The position numbers were made by a program, and so were the translations under genes. From assembly GCA_050084515.1 (NCBI GenBank), contig CM114271.1, forward strand, positions 20,460,001 to 20,524,000: 64,000 nt of DNA, in the 5' to 3' direction. Position 1 is the first letter of the stretch. Each line of letters starts with the position of its first letter. Shown here piece by piece: positions 61,536-64,000 of this stretch. The notes beneath the pieces are model-generated. The model had not been told where the DNA came from and made no database searches. It saw only the letters and a program-made list of their open reading frames with translations. The stretch is from Blasia pusilla. Taxonomy: Eukaryota.

Positions 61536-63974
61536 TCACCCGAGTGCTGGAGGAGGGGGAGGGGGAGCAGTTTTGGCTAAACTCATCCATGCAACTATGC
61601 CAATACTCAATACAATCCAACCCATCACATCATACTTGAAGTCGTTGTCTTTCTTCTTCTTCTTAGAAACCTGTACACATAGAACGCAGAAGATTGGATT
61701 ACTTCATGCACATGACCTAGACAGCGTTGCTGTAGCCATCCTGCCAATTATAAGAAGTACCACCAAAACAACCACTACCAAACACTTCAAAAAATGCAAT
61801 CCAACATATATTTGGGTTGCCCAAAGATTTTGTCTGGCAAATAGGTTTAAAGCCCACCTTTGCAGCACCTCCACTGGGGCCGCCACTTGCACCATACATA
61901 ACCTGTTGTGATGCTAGCTGCCGCTGCAGCTCTTGATGTAGTGCAGGTGCCTGGAGCCCACAACGATTTAGAAGGGTGAGGTAATGCATCAATTCCAGAA
62001 TGGAATGAGGAATCAGAAGATTTGAGTGATGACATTCTATATAGCATAAATTAGACTGGTTACCTTGAACGTCATTTCCAGGGCCTTCTGGTACAATTCA
62101 TTATGTGGGTCCTGCAATAAGATAAGAAAAAAAAATTTTAATACTTTTCATTCGCCAAACTCTTTTGACAAGTAGGACTCCTTGTTTTGCTTGGCAGCAT
62201 TTTTGCCCAAAGAGATACCACATTGGAGACAGAGAGAGACAATACATTCCATTAAAAGCAGAAGCAGAAGCAGATCCTTTGACATGAAGGGCCAAAGATC
62301 CTTGCAAAATTGATATGAAAACAGGATACCCTGGTTTGGCAAAGTAATAAATTGAGACAAATCTCTCAAGTCAAACCCACCTCCTCGAGAGCAATCCTAA
62401 AGGAGTGGGCTGCTTGCTTGAAGTAGTCATTAGCTTGATCTGTATCTGTGACTAGGAAGCCTTGAGATGTGTGCGCATTTCCTAAGCACCAAAGAGTGTC
62501 ATGCTTTCTTGGACTGATCTTCAATGCTTCTTCCAGCTTGGACACCGCCTCTGCAAAAGAAAAAAAATTCCTCCACTTAACAAGGAGCAGAAAACAATTG
62601 ATCACTCACAGCTATTGAAAATACAGTTCACTTGCACAAAAGGGAGTTAACTGTCAATTTCCATACTCAATTCTGCTCATTTGTCCTACATTCATAGAGG
62701 GCACCTGAGAGATTGAAGCATTGAATATTCACTCAAGACTGCAGAACTGACATTGATAAGATCAATTACCCACTAGTGCACTTGCTTCATTGTGTTTACT
62801 TTGGACGGCTAGTTTTCATTCTAGTGGGCTGGCAGTGAATCACAGTGACGGGCTTCAGCTCATAAAACCTTATGCTGCCCGATAGCTTTAAGCTTGATAT
62901 TCAAAATCCTTCAATTCTGGATACAATGAGCCTTACTTCATTGAAAAAACGGTTATAATCTGGTAAAAGTCTGATGCTGTCCGATAGCATTAAGCTTGAT
63001 TTTATAAATCCTTCAATTCTCGATACGATGAGCCTTACTTTCATTAAGAAAATGGTTGTAATTGGGTTTAGTGTCCTAATTTGATTGATGAAATCCTTCC
63101 CATTTACTTAAGTGGCCGTGCTTGAAGAAGCACTATCATGGTCCGTGTTTAGTATGTTTCACATAAGTCACATGTTTGTCTTCAATTAGGAAGGTGAGAC
63201 GACAATATTGTGACAATCTACCAAGTCTACGATGGGTTTGAGAATTTCCTGGATTCGAGGATACTTCGGTCAAAATTACCATGATGAGAAATAAGAAATT
63301 CTGAGAAGAGGGTACGCGACCACAAACCTTGAACCATATTCGCTGAATCTTGACCTTGGCGGAAGTGAGCCAGCTCTAGCAAAGCTCCTCCCCATCGAGT
63401 CAAATTCTATACATAATCACGGACTGTCTGGTCAGTGTTACTAATCGGATTAAACAATTAAATCTTCATTTTCGAAATATTCCTCACCCTAACCAATGAA
63501 GAACAATTCTAAACCTTCAACCTAAACTACGACTGCTTCAGCGAGTGGGACGTTCCACAGGCAACTCCTTCAGGAGTCGGACCGAATCAACCGACCCCCG
63601 CTGGGGCACTACATATCAGCCCCGCAGCCCTGTGACCTGAAGAAAAAACACTTTGACCCATCCACGCATCTACCACGTCCAGAAGTCGCCCCCCACCCCC
63701 AAACAGCCCGAGGCCTCGAAAACAATCCCTGCTCAATGTCTGAAGAGGTCTTAACCTTAATTGTGCATCATCTGGACACAAGAGCCAGCCAGCGAACGAA
63801 TTCTGTCCTAAGCAGGGCAAAGAGAAAACACAATCATATCATGACTAAAGAAAATCAAACCGGGATGCATACATCGGGATCGTTGGGATTGCGCAGATAC
63901 TCCGCGGCAGCCTTCTCACGCGTTTGCTCGAAAAGCATGAGCCTCTCAAGCTCCTCACGTGGTATCGAGTCCAT
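61536..63974 (-). CDS. TOM20: Plant mitochondrial import receptor TOM20. Exons 63974-63873, 63406-63328, 62550-62381, 62111-62064, 61950-61858, 61670-61536
   Basis: Spliced product [19 protein letters not shown]...[13 protein letters not shown]...[10 protein letters not shown]...KAPALH...[26 protein letters not shown], i.e. TPR-like domain plus C-terminal tail anchor. All introns are GT-AG and in frame. Confidence 0.95.
62875..63062. repeat. ~100-bp imperfect tandem duplication in a TOM20 intron
   Basis: ccgatagc..taagcttgat...atccttcaattct...atgagccttactt occurs twice. Confidence 0.8.
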
Positions 63975-64000
63975 TTTCGCTGGACTTCAAAACCACAGAG

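Overview
Land-plant nuclear DNA, probably a bryophyte or other non-seed plant (inferred from the gene and TE content). It has four host genes: a chloroplast-type FHA-domain protein (21217-23277, -, 5 exons), a single-exon P-type PPR protein (40040-42010, +), a Nit1-like nitrilase/deaminated-glutathione amidase (56466-60169, +, 9 exons) and TOM20 (61536-63974, -, 6 exons). These lie among nested retrotransposons. Two copies of an ordinary chromodomain Ty3/Gypsy chromovirus are present (about 1-kb LTRs, tRNA-Met PBS, PPT). The main finding is a second retroelement family present in six insertions. Its polyprotein reads Gag-CCHC, protease, DNMT3-like C5 cytosine methyltransferase, RT, RNase H, DDE integrase and PHD finger. 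It is not bounded by two LTRs but by split direct repeats (A1-ORF-B1-[2 bp]-A2-B2), with TGTC...GACA ends and 4-bp TSDs (AAGG, AATG, TATT, TGTT, ~ATCC). That terminal layout is known from tyrosine-recombinase retrotransposons (Ngaro/PAT/TOC types), not from DDE-integrase Gypsy elements. Solo A-B units and A-ORF-B derivatives are also present. Other features: a SWIM-finger insert with tandem-repeat inverted ends, a decayed CRE-like LINE, and a duplicated last exon of the nitrilase gene that could switch a C-terminal SSL peroxisomal signal on or off. All TE ORFs are broken. Part of the damage at 1-16 kb may be sequencing or assembly error.
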